From: a phage
DNA length: 64,000 nt
Sequence record: PV467749.1
Strand: one strand, 5' to 3'
The notes under the pieces were generated by a model that was given only the letters and a program-made list of their open reading frames with translations, was not told where the DNA came from and made no database searches. Below are positions 63,744-64,000 of the stretch, piece after piece. Positions within the stretch are counted from its first letter, which is position 1. Every line of letters begins with the position of its first letter. The position numbers and the translations under genes are program-made.

Positions 63744-63970
63744 AGTTTATTCCTGATGCCATTTAAAAGTGCTCTAATATGCTCCTGTACGAATTTGTAC
63801 TGACTGTCTGTTCCTAGAGTGAGTAGTAATCTTAAATCTGAACTTTTGATATGATATTCTAAATCATTATTTGATTCTTGCATCAGTTTCTTAAAGGATG
63901 AGAAGTTTGCAGCCATTAGTTCAATGTATTCTGCTGTTCCTAGTGGTTTGTGTATTGGCTGTTTGTGCAT
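63740..63970 (-). CDS. LGT-Q motif small protein (family C)
   Basis: 76 aa; LLLTLGTDSQYKFVQEHIRAL. Confidence 0.65.
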   Translation of the reverse strand: MHKQPIHKPLGTAEYIELMAANFSSFKKLMQESNNDLEYHIKSSDLRLLLTLGTDSQYKFVQEHIRALLNGIRNKL

Positions 63971-64000
63971 TTTAATTTTATTACCCTTTTGAGTGTATTA

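Noticed and set aside
1-64000. Integrated mobile elements, transposases, integrases or CRISPR arrays
   Set aside because: No integrase, transposase or Cas signatures in any translation. No terminal inverted repeats or repeat-spacer periodicity noticed. The uniform strand bias and composition argue for a contiguous phage genome segment.

Overview
This 64-kb window looks like part of a large, AT-rich tailed-phage genome (about one-third GC by eye; T4-superfamily or jumbo-phage-like gene content). Every credible gene, about 140 in all, lies on the minus strand. Genes are tightly packed, often with ATGA or TAATG stop/start overlaps, and are broken up by a few intrinsic terminators and 11 very similar sigma70-type promoters with an extended -10.

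The left half (1-35 kb) carries auxiliary, repair and metabolic genes:
- PIN-PhoH ATPase, a receiver-like protein, and an overlapping Nudix-like/Sir2-like pair.
- An HslV/proteasome-like Ntn hydrolase, a secreted ClpP-fold protein, and ClpP.
- dCMP deaminase, two metallophosphoesterases, and an ATP-dependent DNA ligase.
- T4-type polynucleotide kinase/phosphatase and RNA ligase 1.
- An HxGH nucleotidyltransferase and a phage-type N6-adenine DNA methyltransferase.
- Many small orphan genes, including a tandem family of about 90-aa proteins.

The right 28 kb (35.3-63.1 kb) is the most unusual part. It is a nearly uninterrupted array of about 50 divergent paralogs (100-210 aa). All share one short, protein-level conserved motif, acidic-E-E-x-[YFL]-F-Q-x-S-[TL]-[VIL], about 40-70 residues from the C-terminus. 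A second small family with a 'LGT..Q' motif is interleaved with them. I do not recognise either family.

Other signals worth follow-up:
- The palindrome AGTACT is strongly over-represented, and in more than one reading frame.
- A roughly 600-nt ORF-free, GC-elevated island (31.1-31.7 kb) has its own promoter and may be a structured RNA or a cis-acting element.

All functional calls rest on motifs read by eye from the translations. No database search was possible.
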